A DNA stretch of 64,000 bases from Rotaria socialis (Eukaryota), in the NCBI GenBank assembly GCA_905331295.1, contig CAJNYD010000106.1, forward strand, positions 1 through 64,000, given 5' to 3'. The position numbers were made by a program, and so were the translations under genes. This document shows positions 38,488-50,918 of the stretch, piece by piece. Numbering within the stretch: the stretch's first letter is position 1; each line of letters opens with the position of its first letter. Under the pieces are notes generated by a model. The model did not search any database. It saw nothing but the letters and a program-made list of their open reading frames with translations, and was not told the DNA's origin.

Positions 38488-41400
38488 ATGCCTGGACGAA
38501 AAGTTCGTATGAGCTCATGCTCATCGTTATTCATCATTGGTACATCACTGACGAACCCAACATCAAAAACTATGAAAGGTAAAAGTTTTAGAGTAGAACT
38601 TTATTAATTAATTATATGTAAAAAGTGAAAAGTTGATGAAAACTATGCGTGGCATTTTAAAATAATTTTTGTATGAATGTAAAAGTTAACTTGTAAATAT
38701 TTCAGATTCAATTAGCTATCTTTTAAATGACAAGCCTGTTGAAAAGTTAATGGAAACATGTAGCTATCTGTAGTTAATCAAAGATTGCCTAAGACAGATC
38801 TTTTTCTTTTCTAGAATAGAAAAAGAAAAGTGCCTTAGGTTACGCTTCGAATATTCTGAAAGAATCAACGTCATTCATCGTCAGTTGCCATGATCACACA
38901 ATATACTGTTAGCGTTAGCGATGTAAGTTACTAGCGCTAAACGAGGGTCAAGATGTTTTTCTAGTCTAACTGGCTAGGACATCTGCCCGGATAGCGGACG
39001 GTGTGGGTTCGAGTCCCACAAAGTTCACTTTTTCTTCGTTCTGTCACATAACATCAGTGACACTACTTGTCTCTTTCGCTCGAAATATATCTCTCTTTCA
39101 TTCCTTATATATCCTTTTCATTCTATACATATTAGAGCTAACAAATACCTTTCTGGTTGTATTTAGTTCTATATGAATCATTAATAATTGCTGAAAGTTC
39201 AAATTTTTAGAGTAAAAAAACAGAAACAATTGATACTTGTTTTCTGTTGATTTACGTTTTTATAAATCTAGTGTTGTGAAATTAATGCGTCATAAATCTG
39301 ATAACAAATAATATTAGAATGAAGGGCGTGGTTGTTTTGTTGTTATCATCGTTGTAGTTCGACGTAGGCATCTGTTGTTATTTCGTGCTTTATACCGATC
39401 AATCTTTCATTATTGTCAAATAATCAATTATTGGTCACATGAATAGAACAACTAATCAATTCTATGACGACTCTTATTTTAGACAAACAACACCATTCAA
39501 GGTCATACGGGTTCTTTTTTCGCACATAAAATATTCAAAAATAAAACAACAAATTTGATGAATAATTTTAATTCATTAGAAGAAGAAGTAGAAGAACAAA
39601 GTAAATTCAATCTAATTAAATTTACTTATATCAGCGTGCGTGTATTCGTTTAAAAATTAATCATATTTATACTGCTTTACAAAGAATTAGCTGTAGGGCA
39701 AATTCGATTGAAATTATAATTTTCTTTTTTTTTTTGAACAGATTACAGATCAATTCATCGGAAGTCGGTGATATAAATACCCGTTTCGGAGGAAGAAAAA
39801 GAAATCGACGAGAAAAAAAATGAAGAAGGATGATGCTTCCGAGAGTGATAATTTAGAGAATTGATTTGCTCCTGTGTTCCTTTCTTTGCTCTCTACAGTG
39901 TGTATGTGTGTATCTACTAAAAATATAACTGCTTTTATTTGCTTTTAGAAAATCCGATGTTAATGAAGATGAACATAAATTTCATTTCATTAATATCCGA
40001 AAAAATGTTAGAGTATTCAAGCATTCTATTGACAAATAGATAAACAGAAACGGGCTTTTTCAGGCGTTACTTCAGCAGATTTTTGTTTTAAAGTGAAATA
40101 AATAAATATTTGCAACAAAACTGCGAATGTTTATCTGAGTGAAAAAAGAAGATGTTACAACACCGTGAAGATTTTGGTCAGATTAAATTTTATCAGAATA
40201 GTAGTGGCCATATTTTTGCCAAACTAACCGATGGTACAATGATTGACGGTGTGATTTGTTTTGTTTTATCTTTTTCCTTACACTAGTCTTTCCTTTAATT
40301 ACTATGTTTTTATTGTATTTTTACTTTCTTCCTGTTAGTGTCAGGAACAACAGGAACCAAACGACATCATCATCACCATCATCATCATTCAGCGAAAGCG
40401 AACAAAACAGCAGCTGCAGTAGCAGCAGCAATGGCTAACAATGAATCAAGTTAGTTATAAAAAAAGAACATTTTATTTTACTTGAGAAAAGATATAAAAA
40501 GAAAAAACAGTTGGTCTAGAAGCTTTTTTTGCATTTGATAAAAAGTAAAAATGAAAATAATAGAAATATTTATATATATATATATATATATATAAACAGC
40601 AGTTAAAAATCGAAGTACTCAGCCATTTTTCTAACAGTGAACAATTGACAACATCTGGTGTATTGCATGGCTTTCTATGTCAGACTAAAGAGTAAGCATT
40701 AAGGAACAATAATGAGGTGACTGAAATGTAAGAAATATGAATTATTGCTTTTCTCTGTCAAAACTAAAAAGGAATGTTGTATTCGCATCAACGACATTTA
40801 TGGCCAAAGATAAAATTCATAACATAGCTTACATATAAATATACATTAGCATACTAGTCTCATATTTTCTTAGAGTAACCACATTTTCTATGTTTTCTTC
40901 TTTTTCTTCTATCTCTTGCTCTTCTCATGTTAGATATCTAGCATACGAAGATGAGTTGTTTTGCTATCTTCTATTTTTTTGTTAGCTTATACATAGAGTA
41001 TTCGCAGTATCTCTGCTGTCAGTTGTTTTCTTCCTTCGGCTGGTTGTCCATTAGTTAATCTTACTCGTTACATGAAAGAGGGGTTCCTTTCGTGTGAGTC
41101 ACCTAAAACAAAACAGCGACATTTCGGATAAACAACTTTTTCTATACAGATTGGTTTAGTTATTAAGCGCTGATAAGTAGAAAGAACTTCTGAAAATATT
41201 GTACATATATACATCTGTTTGCTTGATTATAATCGACTTGTATATAAATTTACACATACACACGTGCATATCCATATAAATATATTATTATTATTATTAT
41301 TATCATCATCATCATCATTATATCGTCATGTTATTATCAGAAAATCTGTCACCGGTCTTCTCGAGCAAATCAAGATCAAATAATAGCAATGATAATGGTG

Positions 41401-44400
41401 GACTTAGTGCTTCAGCCAGTGCACACGCAGCAATCGAGCGTGATGTAACAACTTTATCAAATATGAATAATTTACCAGCGCCAACTGCGTTGGAAGCATT
41501 GCAAACTAGTAATGATAGGTAAGTTAGTTTTTATTTAAGTTATACTAAATAGTAAGAAAAAAAAAATATCGTTTTCTCACCTTCTCTCGTCGTTAATAGC
41601 AGACGAAGGAAATTAGATGATTAATTGTCTTAGTACAACTGTGATATAGATAATACTGTATTATTATGACCTAAGAAAATAATCATCTTATGACCTATAC
41701 AGAGTGTAAATAAGATAATGTAATATAGTAGAAATGTATATCTATCGAAATTTATTGGTTAATCTTATTTTGACTCATAGTCTATTTTTAAAAACTAATT
41801 CCTTTGAATTTATTTATGCCGATGAAGCATAGATTGGTATCAAATAATGAAAGCCTTATATTTATATGTTCTTGTTCTTCTTATTATCTAGATTGAGAAC
41901 GATAATTGCTGCTCTTCATTGCAATATACTAATAAGAAAACTGGATCTTGTACGCAATTTAGAATATATTGCTAATGTTCTTGAAGCTGTTCAACAAGAT
42001 GAAACTCGGTAAGTCATTTTTATCTCTTCAATTATTCACTCTGTAGAACTCCCATTTTCTTAAACAATGCGCAAATCCTTATGTATTATCACAGAAAAAA
42101 GCAGCGGCACTCTCCAAAAGTACCCGTACGCCGGTAAGCGCATGAGATATGTTCGCTCATTAGCACATTAACAGCACTTTAAACCTTCTACTAAACACTA
42201 TTAACACGAATGTTTTTAATTTTGATTTTTCTTCTTTTATGCACTGATGATCATAATGATTCGAAACTTCTTTCCTGTTATTTAGGTATTGTTTTTTTGA
42301 ATCTATTAATAATCACGTTTTTTTTGCACAAAATTTTATTATTTCAATCAGCTGCACTTTCAATTGAGATGTATAAATATATTTTGATTTTAAAAATCAT
42401 AAGAAAAATTTCTTTCACTTTGAAGCACTGCTTTCTAAATACTAAAGAGTAGCATCTAAACGACTATGACATCTGGATAAGCTACTTTGCTTTACTTTTT
42501 ACTTTTAATAAAGATAGATACTGCATGATGTTTCTCGGTATTTATATTCTTTCATTATATTTTTTTTTCCTCTTTTTAATTCATACTGTTACTCTGACAT
42601 GCTTTCATTTTTCTGCTACTCATAAAGACAAACGCACACTTTGATGGTAATTTTGTCTTTTGACACCTACTATCATCATTATCAATGAGGGGAAAAGCAT
42701 CTTTTCACTGACGTTTATATATATATATATATATTATAACAGGCCATCGTCGATAATTGCCATGTCAGCAATAAATTTAAAGCGGGAGAGAGCGAGAAAA
42801 TTTGTAGCATAAAAAAAAGAAAAAGAACTTGAGAGCCGTATCATTCATTTTCTTGTTTGCTGTGCGCATGTCATACTTTTCTTTTTTTTTTCATTTTTGT
42901 GTTCAATATAGACGACTTATGGAAGAAGATGATGGTGTACTATCAGAAATTGAACCAGACACTGTACCAAATGAAGTACGGGATTGGTTAACTATGACAT
43001 TTACTCGATCAATGTCAACATTAAAACGGCGTCCATCAGACAAACCCAAATTTCGAAGTGTGGCACAAGCAATACGTGCTGGTATTATGGTTGACAGGTT
43101 CGTCCTATATTCATATTTATTTTTATACGACCAAAAAAAAAATAAAGAAGTAGCAAAAAAAAGATAAAATGAGTTTTTCATCGATAACAACTCATACATA
43201 TATCTATGCTAGAAAAAAATTGATTCTTTTTCTTATTGTGTGTTGCAGCTGTTCCAGGTATGACTTAAGCAGTCGCTCTAACTCTAGATGCAGCCCGCAT
43301 TTTTTGTCGTATACTTTAAATGTATTTTTTATTCTCTTTCTATCGCTATATATTTCTCTTTTTCCTTCTTTTTCTATTTTTCACCATACTTTTCTTATAA
43401 TCACCCTTTATCAGGATTGTAAAAAAATGGGCTCTATGCACTAAATTCAAGGTATGAATATAATAGTAACAATCATCCATCAAGGAATATCTAATTATAA
43501 AAAAAAAGGGCATGATATGCCGATTTTGGATTGATTATCTGCATGTATCCCTTCCTATTTGGGTGTATCGCTCGAATTGGCATCCATTGTTTTGTGTATG
43601 TTTTCTAGGTACCTGAGGCGCCTGTCTATCGACATTAAATTTAAGGTATTTTAATCACAATGATTACTTATAGCATTCCAGTATCCCACACTATTCTTTG
43701 TTTCATATGAGATCCTTATATCAAATCAAATCCTTCTTAATCTATTCTTTCATTCTTTCTTTCTTTCTTTCTTTTACAAAAACTCAATGTATGAGCTTCT
43801 TTGTCACGCACACTTGGCATTCACGCATTATCTGCGCAAAAAATAAACACGCACCATCACACACATACTTATTCACACATTTCTCTCGTAGTTCTTACCA
43901 TTATCTTTTGTATTATTAATAATTCACGCTAGCTGCCTATATTGTACACGCATAAAGAAATAAAACGAACCAGGACTAAAATCCCTTTAGAATTTTTCGA
44001 CAGAATACTTCGATTTTAAGTAATATATTGCAACAAGTAAGTTGGTCAATAGTCAGGCAAAGTGAGACGAACGTTTGTATTTTAATCCCTCATGGTTTTC
44101 ATGTGCACGAATGCAATTAAATGTGCATGCTTTTTATGTTGTTTAAATATATATATTAGCTTATAATAGAAGTAAATTTGATTGATCAGATGTTTTGTCT
44201 CGTTTGTTTTTCTTTCTTCTCGTCTAAACTTAGACAATCAACGAATGGACATTTGATGTATTTTCTGTTAATGAATTTACAAATGGTCAATCTTTACGCT
44301 ATGTTGGCTTTGAACTAATGCAACGTTATAATTTACCGAATAAACTTCACGTAAAATAGATAAAAAATCTATGTTTTGTTTTTGTTAAAAATGAATACAA

Positions 44401-46778
44401 TATTATTCTATTCAAGATTTCAATGACTGCTCTACAAAGTTTTCTTGAACAAATGGAAAATGGCTACAGTAAATACAAAAATCCATATCATAATTTAATA
44501 CATGCTGCTGATGTTTTACAAACAACATATCAAATCGTGTACAATTCTGGTCTCATGGTAGAGGTTAACACAGTTTCATTGTCTTCTACTCCCCTTCCCT
44601 TAGTTTGCAATACCAAAAAAAGAAAACGAATCATTTTATCTCGTCTGCTTTGTGCACAATCATTTGTAGAATTTAATTCGTTTTTTTTCTTTTTGATTGT
44701 TTTCCACTTTTGAAATTACAATCTTTGTCGTTTGATTTTTTTTCTCTGTCGTCATTATTAGAATTGGTTGACTGATCATGACTTATTTGCCATGTTTATT
44801 GCGGCTATTGTACATGATTTCGAACATACAGGAACATCGAATAATTTCCATATCCAATCAAGGTAAAATCAGATTTTCTTTTATTTATCGTAGAAATAAA
44901 AAAAAAAGGGTTTGGAACAGCTCTGACTAGTCTCTGCTTTTCGATATAGTGCTAGAATGCAGTGACCTATAAATTCAATGCATTTCTCAGTAAATAGAAT
45001 ATTGAAGAATTCAATGAAAACAGTTTCTTCGAGGCCACAAAATCCTTAGAAAAGACTTGAAAAGGAAACACCCAAAACTTGTGTTGAATTGACAACAGGG
45101 TCCTACGAGCTATAATGTTTTTCCATTCTCAAACATGCCATGAGATTAGAATAGAAAACGTTTTTTTCAGAAAGATTGATGAAAAACAATAGTTGAGTTT
45201 CGAATCAAACTATCTACCATTTAGCCTCTTCTACAACTACTTCTGTTGAAATATGATTCTAAATTTAGATCTGACGTTGCCTTAATATACAATGATCGTG
45301 CTGTACTGGAAAATCATCATGTCAGTGCAGCATTTCGGCTGATGCGAATGGAAGAATATAATATAGTATCAGAATTTACATCGGAAGAATATAAGTATGA
45401 GCAATAACGAGTTTATTTTTTCAATTTCACAAACTTGATTTGCTAATATTTTCAAGAAACTTTCGGCACCTTGTCATCGAAATGGTGCTCGCCACAGATA
45501 TGAGTTGTCATTTTACACAATTGAAAACGATGAAAAGCCTTTTAAGCTTACCTGAAAAGTAAGTTTATCAGAAAAAAGTCGTTTTAATAAAACTAAACGA
45601 TTCATCGTTAAAACAGTGTTGAGAAAGCTAAAGCATTGGCACTTATTCTTCATTGTGCTGATATAAGTCATCCTGGTAAACCATGGGATATTCATCATAC
45701 CTGGACTCAATCATTAATGGAAGAATTTTTCAAGCAAGGTGAAAAAGAAAAAGATCTCGGCTTACCTTGTTCGCCATTGTGTGATCGAGAGAATACACTT
45801 ATTGCCGAATCTCAAATTGGTAAATATTTATCTATTTTCTTATTCAGCGTACGTCTATCGTCTCTCGGCATATTATATTAGTCAGTTCTATCTGAGTTTG
45901 TCATTTCTCTATTGTTTGATGAATCGAATATTTTTAGCTCAGTTGAGAATTCGACTGTATCCTGTCGGAGAAAATCGATCTCGTATGTTTGCTTCTGTTT
46001 TTGTCGTGAAAACGTCAACTAGGATGAATTTTATCCTTTCAAGTTTTGATTCTTTTGAGATAAGAAAGCAACAAACTGGAAAAACATTATTTTACCACTT
46101 ATCAAAACTGTCATTTCCCAATAGACGTCTTACAGGCAGTCTGTATTAGGGACATATTGTGCAAGAAACCTGGATGTTTCATTATGCACTTTGATCCTGT
46201 TAAACTTTATTTACATAGAAAATAAAATTGTCATACTATAATAACATATTGATTATAGTCATCATTTCATATTTCATTTTTTCATCTTCAAGGTTTTATT
46301 CAATACATTGTCGAACCATCATTTGTTGTTATGGGTGATATGTTGGACAAAGTTCTTAAATCGCTCGTTGTTTCTGATTCTGAACTTTTATCACCGTCGA
46401 TTCCAAGTAGAAGTTTGGTGTCATCTCCTGTGCCTTCGGGAGAATCATCGGCTGAATCAAATGCTCATCCTGAAGAACAAAATGGGTAGCCAAAAAATCT
46501 TTTTTTCTTTCAAATAAATAATTTTGATCCGTTTTAGACACGAAAAAAAATTACCATTATCAATGACAACACCAATATCTCGACCAACCACTGTACGAAG
46601 ACCATGGGCTGATTATCTCAAATCTAATCGAGACCGATGGGTAAAAGAAGCAGGTTAGTTCGGAAAACGACACCAATTTTATTCAAAAATAAAACGACTT
46701 CATCAACAATTTTCTTTTTCTTCTGTAGAGGAAGAAAGACGTCGAAAAGAATTAAAGGTTATCGAAGAGGAGCCATAA
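38488..46778 (+). CDS. PDE1: Ca2+/calmodulin-dependent 3',5'-cyclic nucleotide phosphodiesterase 1; exons 38488-38578, 40339-40449, 41341-41518, 41892-42008, 42912-43097, one of [43415-43451 / 43609-43645 / 43991-44036], 44234-44350, 44417-44557, 44762-44862, 45269-45394, 45457-45558, 45617-45819, 46293-46485, 46538-46653, 46729-46778
   Basis: PDE1 N-domain LSEIEPDTVPNEVRDWLTMTFTR...KPKFRSVAQAIRAGIMVDR; catalytic motifs YKNPYHNLIHAADV, AAIVHDFEHTGTSNNF, YNDRAVLENHH, LATDM, LHCADISHP, EEFFKQGEKE..LGLPCSPLCDR, SQIGFIQYIVEPSF. Splice phases are consistent; the first two exons (including His8) are less certain. Confidence 0.95.
38955..39027 (+). other. tRNA-like (Pol III A/B box) pseudo-tRNA inside a ~147-bp TGTTA...TAACA element (38907-39053) in PDE1 intron 1
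   Basis: D-arm gtct-aactggcta-ggac, anticodon arm tctgc-ccggata-gcgga, T-arm gtggg-ttcgagt-cccac, then a TTTTT run. The acceptor stem pairs poorly and U33 is absent, so it is not a canonical tRNA. Confidence 0.65.
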
Positions 46779-47154
46779 TCAAAATATTTTCAAAACCATA
46801 CAACATTCCATATTGGCATGCTCACACATATTTTTTGTTACTATACGACCTATTCATTATCGTTATCGATCATTTTGATACATAACGGCATTACCATTTC
46901 CAATATTTTTAGATATGTGTGTACGTGCGTGTATAAAAAATATTTACATGTTCTTATCCTGCCTACATGAGAAAGAATAGTTTTGCCTAACTTATGCTTT
47001 TGTTTTATTTTCTCTGCTAATGTTCATACAATGTAGCTAAAAATATGTTTTATAGTAAAGTGTTGTATGTTTTACTTTCTTGGTTTGTCGAAAAAGAATA
47101 TGAAGTATTTACATGCAAAAAAAGTATGCCAGCACTTTCGATGTTCATAGATCC

Positions 47155-47520
47155 TTTTTGTGTACTCAAAAAGTGAGTACACTCTAGAATCGGTCAGTGT
47201 GTCCGGCCGGCCGTAGGCACGATAACTCTTTCGAAAGGAGAGTCAGACCGTGATGAAATTTTCCACACGGTTCAATCTCATGAATATCTCGGTCGAGTTC
47301 GAAGATGAGAAGGATCCATCAAGAAATGGCTGAGTTATCGAAAAAATGCTCATTTTTGACGAAGCCATCCCTGAGGGGGAATACAGGGATTTTTTCAAAC
47401 AAAATATTTTTCTCAGAATTATCCACAAAATATATAAATCGGCTCAGTTTTTAACGCTGCTTCCGAATCTGATATTAGTTTTGAACTAAACCGTAGCTTC
47501 CTAACGAAACATCGCCTGAA
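47155..47520 (+). mobile_element. Helentron-associated (DINE-1/HINE-like) non-autonomous element, 5' part
   Basis: Starts in a T-run with the subterminal hairpin gtgtactc-aaaaagt-gagtacac, then tagaatcgg and a gtcc/ggcc microsatellite-like tract. This is the usual HINE layout; the 3' end is not delimited. Confidence 0.55.
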
Positions 47521-49540
47521 AAACGTCTCAAAATGCACAAAAACTGCATCCAGAAATCAAACTGCCTAGTTTCTCATGATAATTTTGGTGTTCAGACATT
47601 CTAGAATGACTAATATGTTCCATGCACTTTTTGCAGTACAAATAACTCTCGGATGAAATCCGAAGTTTCCACATTTATTTTTAGTTCAACTTGATCGATT
47701 GTTTGTGTAAAGAATTCCACAGCTAATACTGGAAATAGATGATCGATAGAATCAAATTAGATATTAATAGAGTATACAAGAATATATATTGATGAGAAAA
47801 GTGATTTGCTTGACGATGACAAATTTAGACTTATATTTTATACTGGATAACACGAACAATTTCTTATGAATCTTAGTCATTGATTAAATAGAATTTACAT
47901 TGCATGTGTTTCCTGAGTAGGATGTATTACAATTCAACTGAAACTTCGGTGCAAATATAATTTGAAACAAATGCCTTGTCAGAGTCGGATATAATATCGT
48001 ATCCGGATCATAGACGACAGCTACATAAATGCTACTAATGAATAATTATCCCTAATTTAAAGAAAATATGTTTCCTTCTCTGGATATATCAACATGATAA
48101 ACTATTTGGTCGCGTCATTATAGAATAACATTTTTTCGAATAATTTATATTAAAAATAGCACGATAGATTTTTCTCTTTTTAAAATGAATCAATTGACTA
48201 AACTGAGGTTGAATTTAGGAATATACTAATTTACAACGGTCGGAAATTATTTGCATATTGCATGCATAGAATATTTTATTGTTAGGATGTTAAAACAACG
48301 AAATAAAATAGTGATAAATAAATTTGATTAGCAGAAGCATAAATCTACTATGATTGATTCATTCCTTCTGCTCGATTAAAACAGGCAAGTCAGTTAGGTT
48401 ATATTCTTCTGAAAACATTAACCTAACCTAACTCAACTAATTGCATTCGAGATAATATGAAAACTACGATGATTCTAAACATGGCAGCTGTATCGTAGCT
48501 TGTCGTTTTAAGTGCCTTGTCTAAATGACGATTGACACTTTTCGTATTTACAGTACGACAACGAGTTCTATTCCATTCTTAAATGACTTATATAACATTC
48601 GTATGTTTATCGTATTCTCCAACAAAACTGTGTTAAGCGATTATCACGTGAGCCATGGTAAAATGCGACATATTATGTTACTGGCATTGGGGACTACCTA
48701 GAACCTGAAATAGTCTTTCAAAGTTGATTAAAATAGTGTCACAATCAAAACAATTTTTTACAAACTTAAACTTCTCTTGCCTAGTGACTAGCTTCCTTCA
48801 TTAGGAAAAACCTATATATCTCCTATCAAATAAAAATATTCCTCACGAGAAAATCTAGTCGAAAAAACAATATCATTATCAAAGACTCTTGAGTAATACG
48901 AAGGTAGTGTAGGAAAAACGGATATTCTTCATGAATAACAGTTTCTATAACAATGCAATCGATCGTCGTGATGTTATCTAGTTTCTATTTTTTCTTAGAT
49001 TCAAGGTGAAGATAGTATACTATATATAATTCAAATGGTTAATATGTCTGAACCACGCAATAGCTTGTCATCAAATCGATCATCAATATCTATTAATAGT
49101 AAGGAAAAGAAAAGCAGTACATTTCGAACATTTATATCAAAATTACAAAAAAAACTATTGATTAAGGATGCCAATTTACAGCTTATTTAATTTAAATTTA
49201 ACTTCGAGAACAGTTAATTTAATTTTAAATTATATTTTATAAATTGTTTGCATGAATACACATCATTGCTATGAGGAAAACACGTGACTTTAACAGTAGG
49301 AAATACTAAATGAGAGGAGAATCTAGTATTTTAAGTTAATATTTGTTCATAATAGTCAAAATTTTTCTACAGATCATCCAGGATCCGTCCTCTTTCTTCT
49401 TCGAAATACCGGGATACTCATAAAAATATATTTAATAGTACAATTCGTAGAAGAATGACTAGCTTTAACTTTAGAAAACAGGAAACATATTCAAATTCGA
49501 TTTTAAATAGTAGCAATCAAGTCAAAAACTATGTTTATCT

Positions 49541-49670
49541 ACTAGTCTTGAAAATTTAACTAATTTAAATTTCAAACAATTTATATTTAAATTTAGTTAA
49601 ATTTAAATGATACAAAATTTTAAATTTAATTAAATTTCAATTTTTGAAAATTTAAATGTGACACCCCTAG
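49541..49670. mobile_element. AT-rich MITE remnant with a hAT-like terminus (...acacccctag)
   Basis: Internal aaatttaa repeats ending in gtgacacccctag. Confidence 0.35.
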
Positions 49671-50438
49671 TATTGATATACAATCCCAATCATTTACAAA
49701 ACAACTGTCTTTTCAGTCTGAATTAGACTTGATTTATTGATCTTCAGTTATTCATTACTGTATAGATTATCTTGTCTTTAAACGCATGTCTCGAAGGATT
49801 AATGAATTGTGAGTTTTTGCTGAGTACACTTCGATATCATGATATGTACCTACATCTAAAGCAATAGTCACTGGATTATTTGTAGATGCTCGTTGATCGA
49901 CGAATTTCCTCTTAGTGCAGTCCAATCATTATTAAAAATATGCCTCTACATCAGGTATTGAAAGATGTAATGGCACAGTGTTTGTTTGCTTATTTCTTTT
50001 ACATGCATCAGTAGGTTGTTGTAGCAATTGTTCATGTATAGCAAAATTTCTTTTCGGGCATTATGCAATTGAGTTATCTTTCCTGCTTCTCTAGTGATTC
50101 TTATCGAAGCGTTAGTGCTTCGAAGAATTGATAAAACTATAGAATAATTTTGAAAGTATCCATTTCGTTTGCTTTTTTCAACGCCTCCGAATGAGCTTCA
50201 TCCATTTCAGACAACTACATATAATATTTTCAATGATGATTTTGAATGCAAATAATTGAAAAATTTTCATTTCGAATGTGACAATCTAATCCTTTGAAGT
50301 AACCAGAGAATTGTCGATATAAGAACTATATTGGATGGTTAACAATTACTAACACTAACACTATCCTAATCGAACTTCAACTTGCAATATGAAACTATTC
50401 CATAAGCCAAACATTCAGCACGTGATACCATGACATGC

Positions 50439-50806
50439 CTAGTTCGAATTCGAATATAAATGGACACCCAACTGCATGGTATCAATTCGAAAATAAGTGA
50501 TAGAAATAGATTTAGTTTTATATTTAGTTTAAGATGGAGTGGGTGTAGGTTGAGGGGGACTAAGGGGTAACTATGGGTGTGGGTGGAGGGTATCCGGAAG
50601 CGGTGCACGGGCTATCCGGGATACTTCAAATGTGAGTGTGGATGATGGATACCATGGAGGAGTACTCAAATGTGGGTGCGGGTGAAGGGTATATATGTAT
50701 TCATATGTCGCATCTATCGGAAAGTTAAACTAAAACTAAATCTAGGAATAGATTTAGTTTTAGTATAACTTTTTCTTTTCTCCATTTATATTCGAACTCG
50801 AATTAG
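50439..50806. mobile_element. TIR element (~370 bp) with internal TGTGGG-type motifs
   Basis: ctagttcgaattcgaatataaatgga ... tccatttatattcgaactcgaattag (26-bp TIR, 2 mismatches); centre has gggtgtgggtgg, tgtgagtgtgg and tgtgggtgcggg. Confidence 0.65.
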
Positions 50807-50918
50807 ACAGCTACTCATTGGACTACCGAAACAGTCATATAATAAGTATTTATCTTATCATTAGTATACTAGTAATAGGTTCACCAAAACGTCCTCGTTC
50901 TGAATAGATTTTACTTAC

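Noticed and set aside
38955..39027. Functional tRNA-Ser(GGA)
   Set aside because: Acceptor stem has about 3 mismatches, there is no U33 or purine 37 and no long variable arm; treated as a tRNA-derived repeat.
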